DNA of 63,998 bases, counting the filler, from Collodictyon triciliatum (Eukaryota): NCBI GenBank assembly GCA_043381765.1. It is 4 parts of 4 records of this genome, joined end to end, with 100 filler letters (N's around TTAATTAATTAA, not from the genome) between each part and the next. Parts side by side here need not be neighbours in the genome. Positions count along the whole stretch, not along the records: positions 1 to 23,353 come from JBHJMP010000849.1; 3 more parts are not named here. One strand, given 5' to 3'. The position numbers and the translations under genes were made by a program. The notes below the pieces were generated by a model. That model did not search any database. It worked only from the letters and a program-made list of their open reading frames with translations, and was not told the DNA's origin. Below are positions 1 through 20,986 of this stretch, in pieces (positions within the stretch are counted from its first letter, which is position 1; each line of letters begins with the position of its first letter).

Positions 1-70
<70 letters not shown>

Positions 71-146
71 GAGAAAGAAAAAAAAAGAGGAAAGCAATGA
101 TGGAAAAAAAAGTCAGAAGATAGTCGTCTAAAATCAGAGTGGAGTT

Positions 147-8677
<8,531 letters not shown>

Positions 8678-9222
8678 TCTTTCACTCGCCTGCTCGAAAC
8701 CCCAGTTGCCTTTGGCTCCTTGCGTCTGCTTGTTCTTGATCCAGATGCGATCGCAGACCTTTCGATTCTTCGCCTTCTCGCTATATATTCCGCATTAGTA
8801 TTCTATTAATGGAAAATATAATGTTTGAAATATCTCTTCATATATATCTGCTGCCAAGTTGCGTACATTAAATATGAAAGGCAACAATGAATACGTGAGA
8901 GTGCTATAGTAGGTCATTGACCCATTGACAGACTCGTTGGTTCACCCTATTATGAAATTTGCAACGAAATGGCAATCCCACAGCTTTTCCTTTTCCCTTG
9001 ATATTTTTTTTTTTTACTTGATTCATTATCTATTTCTGTGTTTGTCAATACAAAGAGAATATGTGCTATTGCGAACCCCACTGCGCTGCCACAGCTGTTC
9101 AAGAGATAACTCACTTCTCTTCCTTATGCTACCTGCTGCGGTTAGAAAAGAAAAAAGAACTCAAATACAAGAAATCAAAGAAGGAACAGACCAACCTGTC
9201 TTTTTCCTAACCTCCAGCCGGC

Positions 9223-12200
9223 ATGGAGACCTACAGCATATTCTCCAGAGGAAGGCTGGTAAAGACTTTATATCTCTAATACACAACCAAACTTCGATCT
9301 GCCATATTTATATCCTCTCGGCTGATCCATACTTGATTGAAGAGGCATCTTTACGACATAAATATCTCTGCAACTGTTAGGAAAAGACCGATGTTTACAC
9401 GCAATGCGGATCGGGTCTGTATGACTATCTGGCGCTCAAGATCTTGTTTATCGGGGTTGAAGGAGACTTGTCTGGACTTGTGGCTTCTATGTGCCGCTTC
9501 GGCTTTCAGGGTAATAATTGTGAATAAGGCACATCACATAGTAGAGAAGCCCTTCTCATTCAACTATTCTTTTCTTTTCTTTTATTTATTTATTTATTGA
9601 TATTATATTTATCTATATAGTTAGATAAATATAATATCATTTATTTATTTATTTATTTTTTAAAAAAAAGAGGCCTTGATCGTTGATTTGCACTCTCGCT
9701 TCATATTACACATTCACGATGTAGCCTCCCTTTGCTCCACGATGGATAAGTGTCATCAATACTTCATCGAGCAAGGCCAGGACTTGGGGTTGGTCGTTTT
9801 GCAAGCATATGCCCCAGGTTTCGACACATATGAGTACATTCAAAGCCTCCGCTCAGATTACTTGATGAAGTACGTCCCCGTTATCGGTACGGCGTTGAAT
9901 TACTACCACTTGATTGAACTATTTGCTGAATTGTGTTTGAATAAAATTACTGGATGCGAATAACGTAGTATACAGATCGTGCACTATATTATCGCTTAAA
10001 GTTATCTTTTGGTCTTACAGAACTAATTGTGATTGCAATATGAAATTGAATACTATAAACTGCCTCCTTTTTTATGACTCTTTTTTTTTTTTAATATAAC
10101 GTCAATTCATACTTAGGTATCACTTTCAATATTTCAAGCACTCATATTGACCAGCTAGTTCAAGCTGGATTGATGGATGTCATTCAAATGCCCATAAGCT
10201 TACAACTTCTTCGAACAAAAGTCAGAACATTTTTACACACAGTTCGATCAGAGATGCACGCATTTACTGGAGAACAGGAGGAGGTAATTGTACTGTGTGA
10301 AATATTTCAAACTCCATCAGCCATAATACTGCGAATACCCAAAAAAAAAATATCATCGTTTTGAGCCACCCATTAATTTAGACACATAATGTAGATGGAA
10401 ACAAAAATACTCGACAAAATATACGACTCATCAGCATCGCAAGGGCCGAATCATGATGGAGCCTCTGCTTCAGTTGTATCATCGAACTTCCAGGAAGAAG
10501 TGAAGCATATTTTCTCAACTCCCGTCGCCAGTGCGGAGCTAGGAACTCTCAAACTTCTCGTCAGCAACCTGTCTCGAAGAGAAGCTACACTACAAGCAGA
10601 GGTGAAGCAGAAAATGACAATCATATCCCAAAAGGACAGAGAAATCAAAGCTCTAAATGTCAAGCTGACCACTTTTCGTAGTGATTTTGCGCGCCCAAAA
10701 TTCGGAGACCAATCTGTGACCAACGTTGTAGCTGCATCAAAAGACCCATTGAACACCATAGCAAAGAACGTAATTCATGGATTGCAAAGGGCAGGTCATT
10801 TGGCTTCGGATATTCGCCAGTCCTTCCTCGGTGCCTTGTCTGAGGCAGAGGCAATCGAGCCCAAGTCACGCAATCGGAATACGGCCAACAACTTTGATCA
10901 AGTAGACGAGCAAACAAAGAATTGGCTCACCTACCAGTTTGCAGGGGGCTCAGAGGATGTTTCTTCGCCAAAACCTCTGGGTGTTGGGGTGACATCTTCT
11001 TCATTTTCCCAGCCTAATCCAGTCACACCGAAGCGATCGTCTATGGGATTCTCCGCCTCCACTGGCTCACCTGCAACTCAATCAGCTAATGCCACTGTTC
11101 CACCCCAGCCTGCAACAGAGAGCATGCCAGCTCGTAGGCCTTCAAGAAACTCGGCCACGATGCAGACAGAGATAAAGAATTTTAATGCTGCGGTGAAGTT
11201 AGCCACGAAGTCAGAGAGAAAAAAATCCCAGCCTAATAGTGTGGGGGACAAAGACTCGGGGAAGCGTTCGAGTATCAAACCTGTAACTATTCACGAAGAA
11301 TACAGCGACGATGGAAACAAGCAACAGAGAAACTCGTTCCTCAAAGGAACTGCAGAAAAGAAACACCGTGCAGGCTCAGATCGGAAAGTGTCTTTGGCAA
11401 CATCGGATTCAGACTATGATTCAAATACCTCTGCAAGTGGTTCAGACTCAGAATCTGTCGCAAACTCTGAAGATAATCACAGCGATTCCAGTGAAGAATC
11501 AGAAGCACATCATCTGTCGACTGGTCGCATTCGTAACAAAATCATCGGAAGCCGACCGATGTTGAGAAAGGAGACCAAAGTTTCACCGAAAACAGAGGTT
11601 TTTGAAACATCTGGAGATCTCATCAAGCTTGCCAAAGAAATGTCTGATTTATGGATGGCCACTGTCGACCCCTCAAGCACAGAGTCACTTCGAAACTACA
11701 ATTTCAATCCATTTCTTTACAACGATTTGCAGCTTGTGAATTTAGGGGTTAGTATCGCCCAACAGCTGGGAATCTTTGAGTCATTTGATATAAATGAAGC
11801 CCAAATGGCCATATTCTTTAATGACATTCGGCTCAATTACCACAGAAATCCTTATCACAATTTCATCCATGCATTTGATGTGGTTCAAACATGCTTCGCC
11901 ATAGTGATGAATACAGATCTTGTAAACAAGCTAACCCCTTTGGAGAAGTTCTCTATGGTCATGGCTGGTATCGGGCATGACGTGGACCATCCTGGATTGA
12001 ATAACAACTACCATATTATGTGTCAATCAGACTTGGCGTTGATGTACAATGATGCCTCTGTATTGGAGAACCACCACTCATCTATTATGTTTCGGCTGCT
12101 GCGTTGTCGAAATGGACCACTCATAGGAGCATTGTCCACCGAGGATAAAAATGAGTTCAGAAAAACAGTTATACAGGTGACGAGCAATAATTTGCATGAA

Positions 12201-13791
12201 CAATTGTCTTTGATATCGTTAAACAATTGAGCGGCTGCAGTCATCTAAGTTATATTTTGCTTTTCTACGACTTTTTAATTTCCCATTCAATTAGTTCATG
12301 AAAACCAATTTTTTGTAGTGCATACTCGGAACAGATATGGCTGTACACTTTGCGCACACAGAGAAGTTTTCAAATCTCTGTAAATCGACGACACTAGACC
12401 AAATGCCCGCAGATTCTCGTAGATTTTTGATTGCAAATATCGTTCATATCGCCGATATATCGAATCCTTCCAAAAATTGGGATTTGTGCAAGCTGTGGTC
12501 TGACTACGTTTTGGACGAGTTTTTGAATCAGGTTTGAATTCTGCTCTGGAGCATACACCTGCGTATTCTAAAACAATATTAGATTCACTTTTTTTGGAGA
12601 GAAAAAAACGCTGTTAAACAATGAGGAAACATCAAACAATAGGGAGACCGAGAGAAAGAGAACAGCTTCCCTATCTCCCCTTTCATGGATCGTGACAAAG
12701 TCGACCAAGTGAAAATGTCGCTTGGATTTATAGACTTTATCATTCGCCCAATTTTTTCGTCACTCCGCGATCTTGTGCATGGGCTGATGGATGAGGTAAT
12801 GAGCAATATCGAATTCAATCGCAACCAGTGGCTTTCTATCAAAGCGGCTGCGGAGGCTGCCAATGGCTTGGGAACAAGCGGTGGAGTCGCTCCAGCGGCG
12901 GCCACTCCATCAAACACAGCTCCAACATCAAATACAGCAAATCTTACGGCCACAGCATCTGCAAACAGCTCCAACCCCAAAATCCCTCAACCACCAGGCT
13001 CCAAAACTGGTGGCTCTGAAAAAATGCCTTCCAAGTCAAAGACGAAGAAACCTCAATCACCCACTGGAGAGCCGAAAGATAAAAGAGCCCCACGCACACC
13101 ACAGGTATCCCAACAACCAGGTCCGACTCTATCCCAACCAATATCTCAATCGCAATCGCAACAATCTTCGGCAAACGCGCAAGCCTCTCGTGGTATCTCG
13201 GCATCACGTGAGAGAGACGTCGGTGCCACACCCCGAAAAACACTAACCCAGGCCACCGAATCAAGCACAAGTCGAAGCGTACCAAAGCCGCCCTTGTCTC
13301 CGTCTCCATCTCAACGAGGAAATACACAACAAACTCCACGCAGATCTGTGGCAGATGAATCTTACATTTCTGGTCTTGACACGCGCACGGCAAATCGCAG
13401 AGCACTCTTTATTTTGGCTGCCAAGCATCGCCCTACGGTAGTGGATGAAATTCATACAAAAAGTCCGAGCCCAACGCCAAAGAGCCGCTCCAACACAACA
13501 CCAATACCAGCCGTATCTTCTGTCAATATCACTCCTGTTTCTTTGCACGGTTCTGATGAAAGCTCTTTGGAGGGCACCGAATACGCATCCACATCCGAAT
13601 CAGAGACCAGTCGTGGCAGAGACGAGGATGAGAACCTTGCTTTGAATGGTAATAATCGAACAGATTCTCGAAAAAATGCTGGAAAAGATGGTGTGCCATC
13701 TTTATCACTTGTTGGGAAGAAACCAGCTGTTGGTTTACCACCCATATCTGCTTATCAGCCATCCACACATCGCAGTTTGCAGTCTGCATAG
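9223..13791 (+). CDS. Class I 3',5'-cyclic nucleotide phosphodiesterase with an N-terminal degenerate receiver domain, coiled coil and Ser/Pro-rich low-complexity regions (RegA/PDE8-like architecture)
   Basis: PDEase motifs YHNFIHAFDV, HDVDHPGLNN, YNDASVLENHH, TDMAVH, HIADISNP, EFLNQ|GDRE and GFIDFI. Upstream exons 9223-9258, 9381-9510, 9725-9886 and 10117-10283 splice in frame into a REC-like sequence. The start codon is uncertain. Confidence 0.9.
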
Positions 13792-15146
13792 GTTTCAGAC
13801 TCTGTTTTCAGCGATTATATATTTACTCTTTTATTTGCACATTATTTGTACACTCGCTGCCTACCATCAGAGCTCCTTTTGATTGTGGTGGTTGCGATGG
13901 TGATAATTTGGCTCATTTATAGCCAACTTGAAAGAAATGCAGGGTTGAGAGTTATAAATAAAAATCTTGATACACTACTTGATGTAATAATATAATAAAT
14001 GAATATTTGATACCTTATTTAAGCGTAAACGTCCCTGCTTAAATGAAATCGCAATTATGCATATACTTTTTTTAGCTTATTATTTATTGATCTCACAGAA
14101 ATCTCTTTTTTAGCTGCCATACCGATTTATGATATTCGCATGCCTAAACTCGAGTTTGTGATAAAATCAATAAATATATTGGAATATGTTTTTGTATTTT
14201 TTTTTGAGGCAGGATACAATTCGCAAATAATGATAAATATGCTCGAGTGCTGCATGTAGAGCGAGACTCCCAGTCGAATCTCTGACTTTCTGCAACAAAA
14301 TAAGGGCTAATTTGTCGAGCTGCGTTCAATGCTGTCTAGTCGAGCAGCGAAGGATGTGTGTGGCTTGGGAGCCGAGAGAAAACTAATCGTTCTCTTCTTG
14401 TTTTCTTTTTTCTTTTATTTTTAACATATACACCCCGAAATGGATTTGCTTTATCTTTGCAGAGCAAAATTAATAATCGCAAAAGTAAACATCAACCAAA
14501 GCAGACTTTACCCAACCTACCAAATAATCGCATGATAAAGCCAAAGGTTATGGGGTATTACTTTCCTTTTCTCTGAACTCTATCATTGTTTCTTCATACC
14601 GTGAGCTTCTGCATACATCGGAAAACTGCACATTGTGTGGTGGCTTTTCTTCGCTGATTACAACCACGAATTCCCTTGGAGAAACTCAACATGCATATAC
14701 CGCACGATGAGAGGTCTAATCATGTTTGTGTTGATTACTTTGCAATCGCTCTGGTTTTGTAAGTGCTTGCCAATCACCATAGATGTTGTTATTTAAAAAT
14801 GAATGTGAAAATGGGCTTGGAGATACAATTCTCAAGGTTCTGACACGAGAGAAGTAGTTTTGATTTAGTTACCCTCGTGATTGAGCAAGGTATCTTTCAA
14901 AAAGGCAACAAAGTGACTTTAGAGTATAGTAAAAAAAGTGTCTTATATTCTTTACTCAATCCATTTCTGCGCAATATCAAAATGGAAAGAATTCCAGTAG
15001 AAGATAAAATGATATATTTCTTGGTATTTGACTCCAGTCTCAAATCTTTTGACCCTCCGAGAAATAGGTTTCGAATATGCCGTAATTGTCTGTGTAATTG
15101 GCTAGTCATTATTTTTTTTTTCCCTTTATTCGATTCAAAGAATCGC

Positions 15147-18100
15147 CTAGTCATTATAATAAGTCGTCATATTCGAGGCCTTTTCCTGACTTTCTGTCTT
15201 TTTTGACACATGCGGTACAACACGGACTCCGTGTAGAATTATCGCAAGGCTACAGATGTGCTCCATCAAAACAAACAGCAATCAAAAAAAAAAAAAAAAA
15301 AGGACTGAAATTTTCATGTAAAATAATAAGGCATACCTTCCGCACTCCAAGAGGAGATACAAAGAATAGTATATCTCAAAGCTATCATAGAACGCATCAT
15401 TTTTGAAATTGTTGAAAATAAATGATGCTCCGTTGAACATAAAGAAGGTAGCCGACCCAACTTGGATACGGACAATCTGCGGGAAAATCTGTCAGTACTT
15501 TGTAACTAATGTTTTGTTTTACCAATAAATACTTTATTAATCAGAGCAGATCCATTAGCTTTTGCAAGCCTCAAGCGACGAACAATCAGCAATCCAAAAA
15601 CCAGCAAAAGGAAAGCAATTCCAATACTACAGGAAAAACAGAATTTGTTCATGAGAAACACGATGAAATGACCAAACTTTTAATCGTTTCCATACTTTAA
15701 AGGCATTGGACCTGTATCAAGTATTTAAGGGTAGCAAGCATATCGTTTTTCGATTAATTTGAGATTATTTCTTTAACGCACCCTATCACCGCCAGGAAAA
15801 GGTTTCCATTGATACTGATGGCTTGCATATCGGAATACTTTGCTGTTGCAAATAATATCCACATAATGATGAGATGAGTTAGGATGATGACTAAACCACC
15901 GAAGAAATAGTATCGAGATTTAGTCAAAAAGCCTCCACTTATAGAATCGGCAAGGAGTACATCCAACCTGGGTTATGGCGGAGGTAATAAGTTTATTTTC
16001 CAAATGGATAGTGGGTAATAAAATTAACCTAAATAATCAAGAAAGGATAATAAGGTGATGTAGTTGGGAAAATGAAAATTAAAGGCAATAAATTACCACA
16101 AGAACGCCATCAAAGAATGAACAGCGTAGAGAAAAAAGAAGGGAAGAGACAGGATGACCAGTAATCCAGTTTCGGGTATAGACCGCAGAGAATCCGTAGC
16201 TGCCATGACAAAGTAAATCAATCGAACTAATTACCCATAAAAAGAGTCAAACTTTATTCAACCAACAAGACAGCTTAGCTGAGACAAGGAAATCTTCAGT
16301 GAAGGGGGAAAAAATATCAATTATTTTACAATTTTGTAAACGAATGACGCACTCACGTATCACTAGCAAAAAAACTCCTGTGTGAATTATGAAGGGTACT
16401 TGATTGATTTTTTTCGTTTTTTGTATATATGATATCAACAGGAAATAGAGTTGGTGGGTGACAACAATCAGAACTATGCTGTATAAGAGCGAGTACACCG
16501 TAAAAAGCACCGTTTTCTCAGCAACCCAGGTTTTGGTACATTCAGGAGATGGTTCAGTTGCCTCGAGGTATATGGAAAAATCCGACTGTAACATGTAATT
16601 CCTTAATTGACTCCAGTATACAAAATATATTATATGGTGGCGATGTAATGATTATTGACTATAGCACATCCAAAATGATGATAATATAAAAAATTGTCCA
16701 TAAATCATATTTCATACCAAATGCGCGCTACTACATTTGGCCTGATAATATCCCTTCTCCACGTTTTTTATACTATGGTAACTGATTCCACCCTCCTCCC
16801 ACCATTTGGAGCTAGCATTCCATGATTTGCAAGTTGGAATGGAATGTATGCAAACGACGGGTTGGAAATTACCTTCGCACATGAATGTGCTTCCAGGCTT
16901 ACGAATCGCTGTAAATAATCATAGAAAAATAAAAAATAAAAAGGTTTACTAAATTTTTGGGTTAAAATATAAGATGTGATGCATAAATTTGGCTCTCCTA
17001 TAGTATATATTTCAAGTTGTATTATCAAAAAAAAATACAGTCATGGGGGACATATGAATCTTTCCCCGTGAACGTAATCGTAACTATTGGCTTAGATGAA
17101 GGAAATTTGATGGATTGACCATCATCTCCAGATATCTCAACTGTAACAATCGGCGATATAACGGAACTATTCAGCAGTATCACAGATATTAAGACAAGAA
17201 GCTCTTTAAACGAAGTATTTTAAGAGGAATTTTTTCTTTTATGAACTTTACTAACCTATCAGAGCTACTTGTTCCATTCATTATGTTTGAGTTCACATAG
17301 GAAACTATAACTTGCAAAATAATGGCGCTTGCATTTGGAGAAAAAGTGTCGATGTTTTCAATTTCTACTATGATGTTTTCTCCGAAATTAATCATCTTGC
17401 TCACATTGCTCATATTTGCTAGACATGATTTAGGCGAATGAGTAGGTATCAAAGGTGGCTGAACTCATATCAATCTCCTGCTATTATACACATTAATATC
17501 TCACAAGATTCAGCAAATGAGACTTCATGTACATAGAAGGGCACTAATCTCCACCGAATTCTTACTCTTTTCGATGTAGATGCCACCCGTGCTAGTTACA
17601 GCGAGGGTCGGGGCTCCTTCGGAGGATTTCAGAAGACCTTGAGATATCAAATTGTTGATACCTTTAAGGTCGCAATATCCATTCATTTTTAGCGCGTATG
17701 ATGTTATGTTCGACGAGGTCACCATTAGATTTTCCTATTATTTTTTAGTTAGGCCTCAACGGAAATGTTTGTGTGCTAGTAAAGTAACATCATCATCATC
17801 ATCATATGATTAAATATATGTACTGCAGCTTCTGGAGGATTTAATCCTTCATTTGAACCAAAAGAAGCCATAATGTGTATGTTTTCACAACCAGTAGCAA
17901 TATTAGTAGTATTGAAACCATTTAGCTCAAAGTATAAATATTTCCCTGCTAATATCAGGTTTAGTAAAGTCGGTTGTTGAGATGTTTCCACGTCAAATCG
18001 GTGCAATGCTGACTCCTTGAGATGGTCACTCATCTTAATCCTTGATTCTAAGCGCGATTTACTCCCAGCAGAGTCTAAAATTCTTAAATTAATAAAAGTA

Positions 18101-19451
18101 GAAAAAATACTAGATATCATCATGCAGGATTCTGAGTGAATGAAACGTCTCCCAACTATTCATAGAAAATATGTTGGACAAGACCATTTGTAGTTCCGAT
18201 TTCATCGTTCAGAATCACGGAGAGATGAATTATTTCCAGTGTTGCGTTCCTTTGTATTGTAAGAAGAGATAAAATAGAGGAAAATAATAGTGTGACCAAA
18301 AAAACAATTTCTTTTAACCAGTACATAGATTTGCTTGATTTTATTTTTGAATTAAATAGTCGCTTAGATTGACAAAGAAACAAGTATATAAAAACATACG
18401 CGTAATTTTTTGTTTCTATCAGGGGTTCCAATACATCGATTATGGAACACGCGACATAAACATGAGGTTGGTCGTTCTTAGAGCACTCTGTTAAAGTATG
18501 CAGCTGTTTAGACCCGTAAGACAAAATTTTTTGATTATTTGGGCTCGTGTGATTGCGAATACGAGAACGTGTCCTGGGTAATTCAGGTGTACCTTTCAAG
18601 CGTTCATGATTTTGGTTACTGTTTTATTATAATCATAAATTATCGTGTGCGCAGATTCTATTATATAGTGAATAATAAAGAGTGACTCTATCACTTAAAT
18701 ATGTCTTACGCAAAATGAAGTCTAAATTGGTTTCTATGTTTGCCCTATTTTTGTTTGGGTCACCGGTGATTTTGTAAGAGGAAGTTAGCACCATTAGCGA
18801 GGCTTTTTCAGAGCTGCTGGAGGCTTCTTGTTTCCAGAGCACACCGTCCCATGAGTACGTGAAAGTGTTGTTTTGAAATACCCCTGACAGGACCTTTACC
18901 TTGCCAGTGTCAAAATAAACTGCCTTGCCGAATAACTGATTCGATCCACCTCCATTTATCCTTGTCTGCAAAAAGAGTTGGTTGCCTATGCGATTATAGA
19001 TGAAAATAGCGCCAAAATGATTGTTAGGGGAATCGAGAGAGCATCTATCGCATCCAATCACAGCATTAGTGGATATAGCTGCTACAGCCGTACCAAATTG
19101 TGCGTTCTGATATGGATTCGGCATTTCAATGCGCTGAGTCTGAAGCCACATACCAGCTTTTGATAGAGTGAAAAGGTATACTGCGCCGGCTTTATCCAAA
19201 CCCTCTATTTTTTCGAAAGGTGCACTGACAATTGCATAGTCATCTGTAATAGAAACAGCATATCCAAAGTTCATGCGGCTGTAAACTTGATTTGGTTGGA
19301 TAATTTGCATCAAAGCCCATGTAGGGCGCTGTTCTGTGGCCAGTCCGTTCACAAGAAAGCAAGATTCTAAAGGCGATTTGTTGGTGGCTGCAATAAGAAG
19401 ACACAAAGCACAGAAGACTCGAGCTCCAAATACATAATTCGACTTCCACAT
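15147..19451 (-). CDS. Signal peptide, FG-GAP repeats, long ectodomain and a 7TM (THH1/TOM1/GPR137-like) receptor-like membrane region
   Basis: Hydrophobic N-terminus; FGYAVS...VSAP...GAVYLF and FGTAVA...IG...GAIFIY repeats; frame-consistent exons down to about seven hydrophobic segments in 15200-16510 (VLFTVYSLLYSIVLIVV, FIIHTGVFLLVI-RLIYF, LSLPFFFLYAVHSLMAFLW, YFFGGLVIILTHLIIMWILF, IGIAFLLLVFGLLIVRRL and others). The 3' end is uncertain, with possible extra tail exons to ~14308. Confidence 0.7.
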
Positions 19452-20986
19452 CGTAGTGAATTAGCTTCTTTTTTCTTTTCCTTTTTTTTTTTAACAAAGG
19501 AAGTTGCACAATCTTTCCCGTGATTGAGGCTCTACGTTCTGGTGTCTGCAGTTATGCTGAGAGAAACCTTTTGGCACACGTTTTTTTGGATGATTTAGAG
19601 TGGTACATGGTTTCTTATGATTTGGGATAGAACTCTCGCCTTCCTAACTCTCGGCTACTATTGGGCACATCACCGAGTCACTCTTTTTTTCTTTTTTCTA
19701 GGGAAAACAAGCAGAAAGGCGGGAGGGAATAGCAAGGGATCGGTCAAATGCCACGCAACCTCAAAGCGCTTTGGTTGGCAAAAAGACATACGAAAACAGT
19801 GGTGACATCGTAAAGGGAGAAAAAAACCAGGAGGGAATAGCAACAGATGCTGGAGTAAGAGTGTGTTACTTCAGTACATTCGCTTATTAGTGCTGTGCCT
19901 TTGTCTTTGGTGTTTTGTCGGGTGCTTCGATCTGAAAGTCCCTTGTGGATAACGAGAAACGTCAGAAACGACAGACTTAACGTGGAATTTTATGGATATT
20001 AACTGCTGGCCAGTAAAGAATATCCCAACCAATTTAGCTTGTGCGATTTTCATACAGCACTATATTAATGAAATTTGTGTACCGTCTGCTGTTTTAACAA
20101 GTTTACAACTTTCCATTTATTCCTGTGTTGCTTCGGTTGGGAACTTCTGGTTCCGATGATTCGATGCAGCCAGCTATGGGCGGTGGGTAGGTCTCCTGGA
20201 TATCGTGCTATCTTAGATGTTGAGCCCTAGCCGAGGTGTCATTGACAGAAATTCTATTGTTGTAATTGTTGTTTTTCAGAGAAAAAATGGGAATCTTTGA
20301 AGAGTTTGGGGGTTTTTTTTATATAAATCCAATGTTTTTATGCTTTGTTCAATAGTGGGAAAAAAGAAGAAAAAAAAGGGACTGATTTGCAGCATTCTGC
20401 AGTATTTCTGAAGGATTCTCCCATAGCCATTTATGATGTATTTATGACGCATTTTGAGCCGTCGATTTAAATTTTTACGAAAGATATGTCATCGCAAACT
20501 CGTATGACTCAATCAAAACTTTGTAAACTTTCTTGTTTGATTGAATGCCAATCATGTTGGTTTCGTAGTGTTGTGTAAGGGAAAAACTTGTTCCGCTGTG
20601 ATGCAGATTTTATTCTTGACAGTCAAATGAATATATAACATGCAAATCATAAAAACTGTAAAGACCATGAGATTAATATCCTGAAATACTAAATAATTCG
20701 AGACAATAAACATACAATTCTGGGGTCGGTTGTTGTCTGCGAATAATGAACAGGTATCCTTCAAGTCGCCATGAATAGAATAAATATAAAAACGAAAAAG
20801 TAATTGTTGTAATGCACTTCAAATGAATCGAAAAGAAATTTTTGTTTAAAGGAGTTTATCAGTTTGCCTCTTCTCGAATGTGATCTTCGTGGCGTGAATG
20901 AAACAAAGTTAAAAGTCCAGATGATTATTTCATTCCATTAATCTAATCTGCTTCAAAGAAAGAGATAGCTAAGGAATTATGATTCT

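Noticed and set aside
10395-13791. Possible non-standard genetic code (TAA/TAG reassigned)
   Set aside because: Long exons contain no in-frame TAA/TAG/TGA, and genes end in TAA, TAG and TGA; apparent stops are explained by introns.
12585-13882. Multiple antisense and alternative-frame ORFs over the PDE tail (similarly over HEXD and the kinase)
   Set aside because: Shadow ORFs of GC-richer coding exons with no recognisable motifs.
17525-18080. Loose CHRD-domain resemblance in the 7TM ectodomain (LYFEL...IHI...G.N...EI.A)
   Set aside because: Too weak to call by eye; needs a profile search.
19940-20390. GAAAGTCCC motif resembling the RNase MRP/P conserved region I
   Set aside because: No convincing P8 GARAR hairpin or properly spaced CR-V partner; would need an Infernal/Rfam hit.
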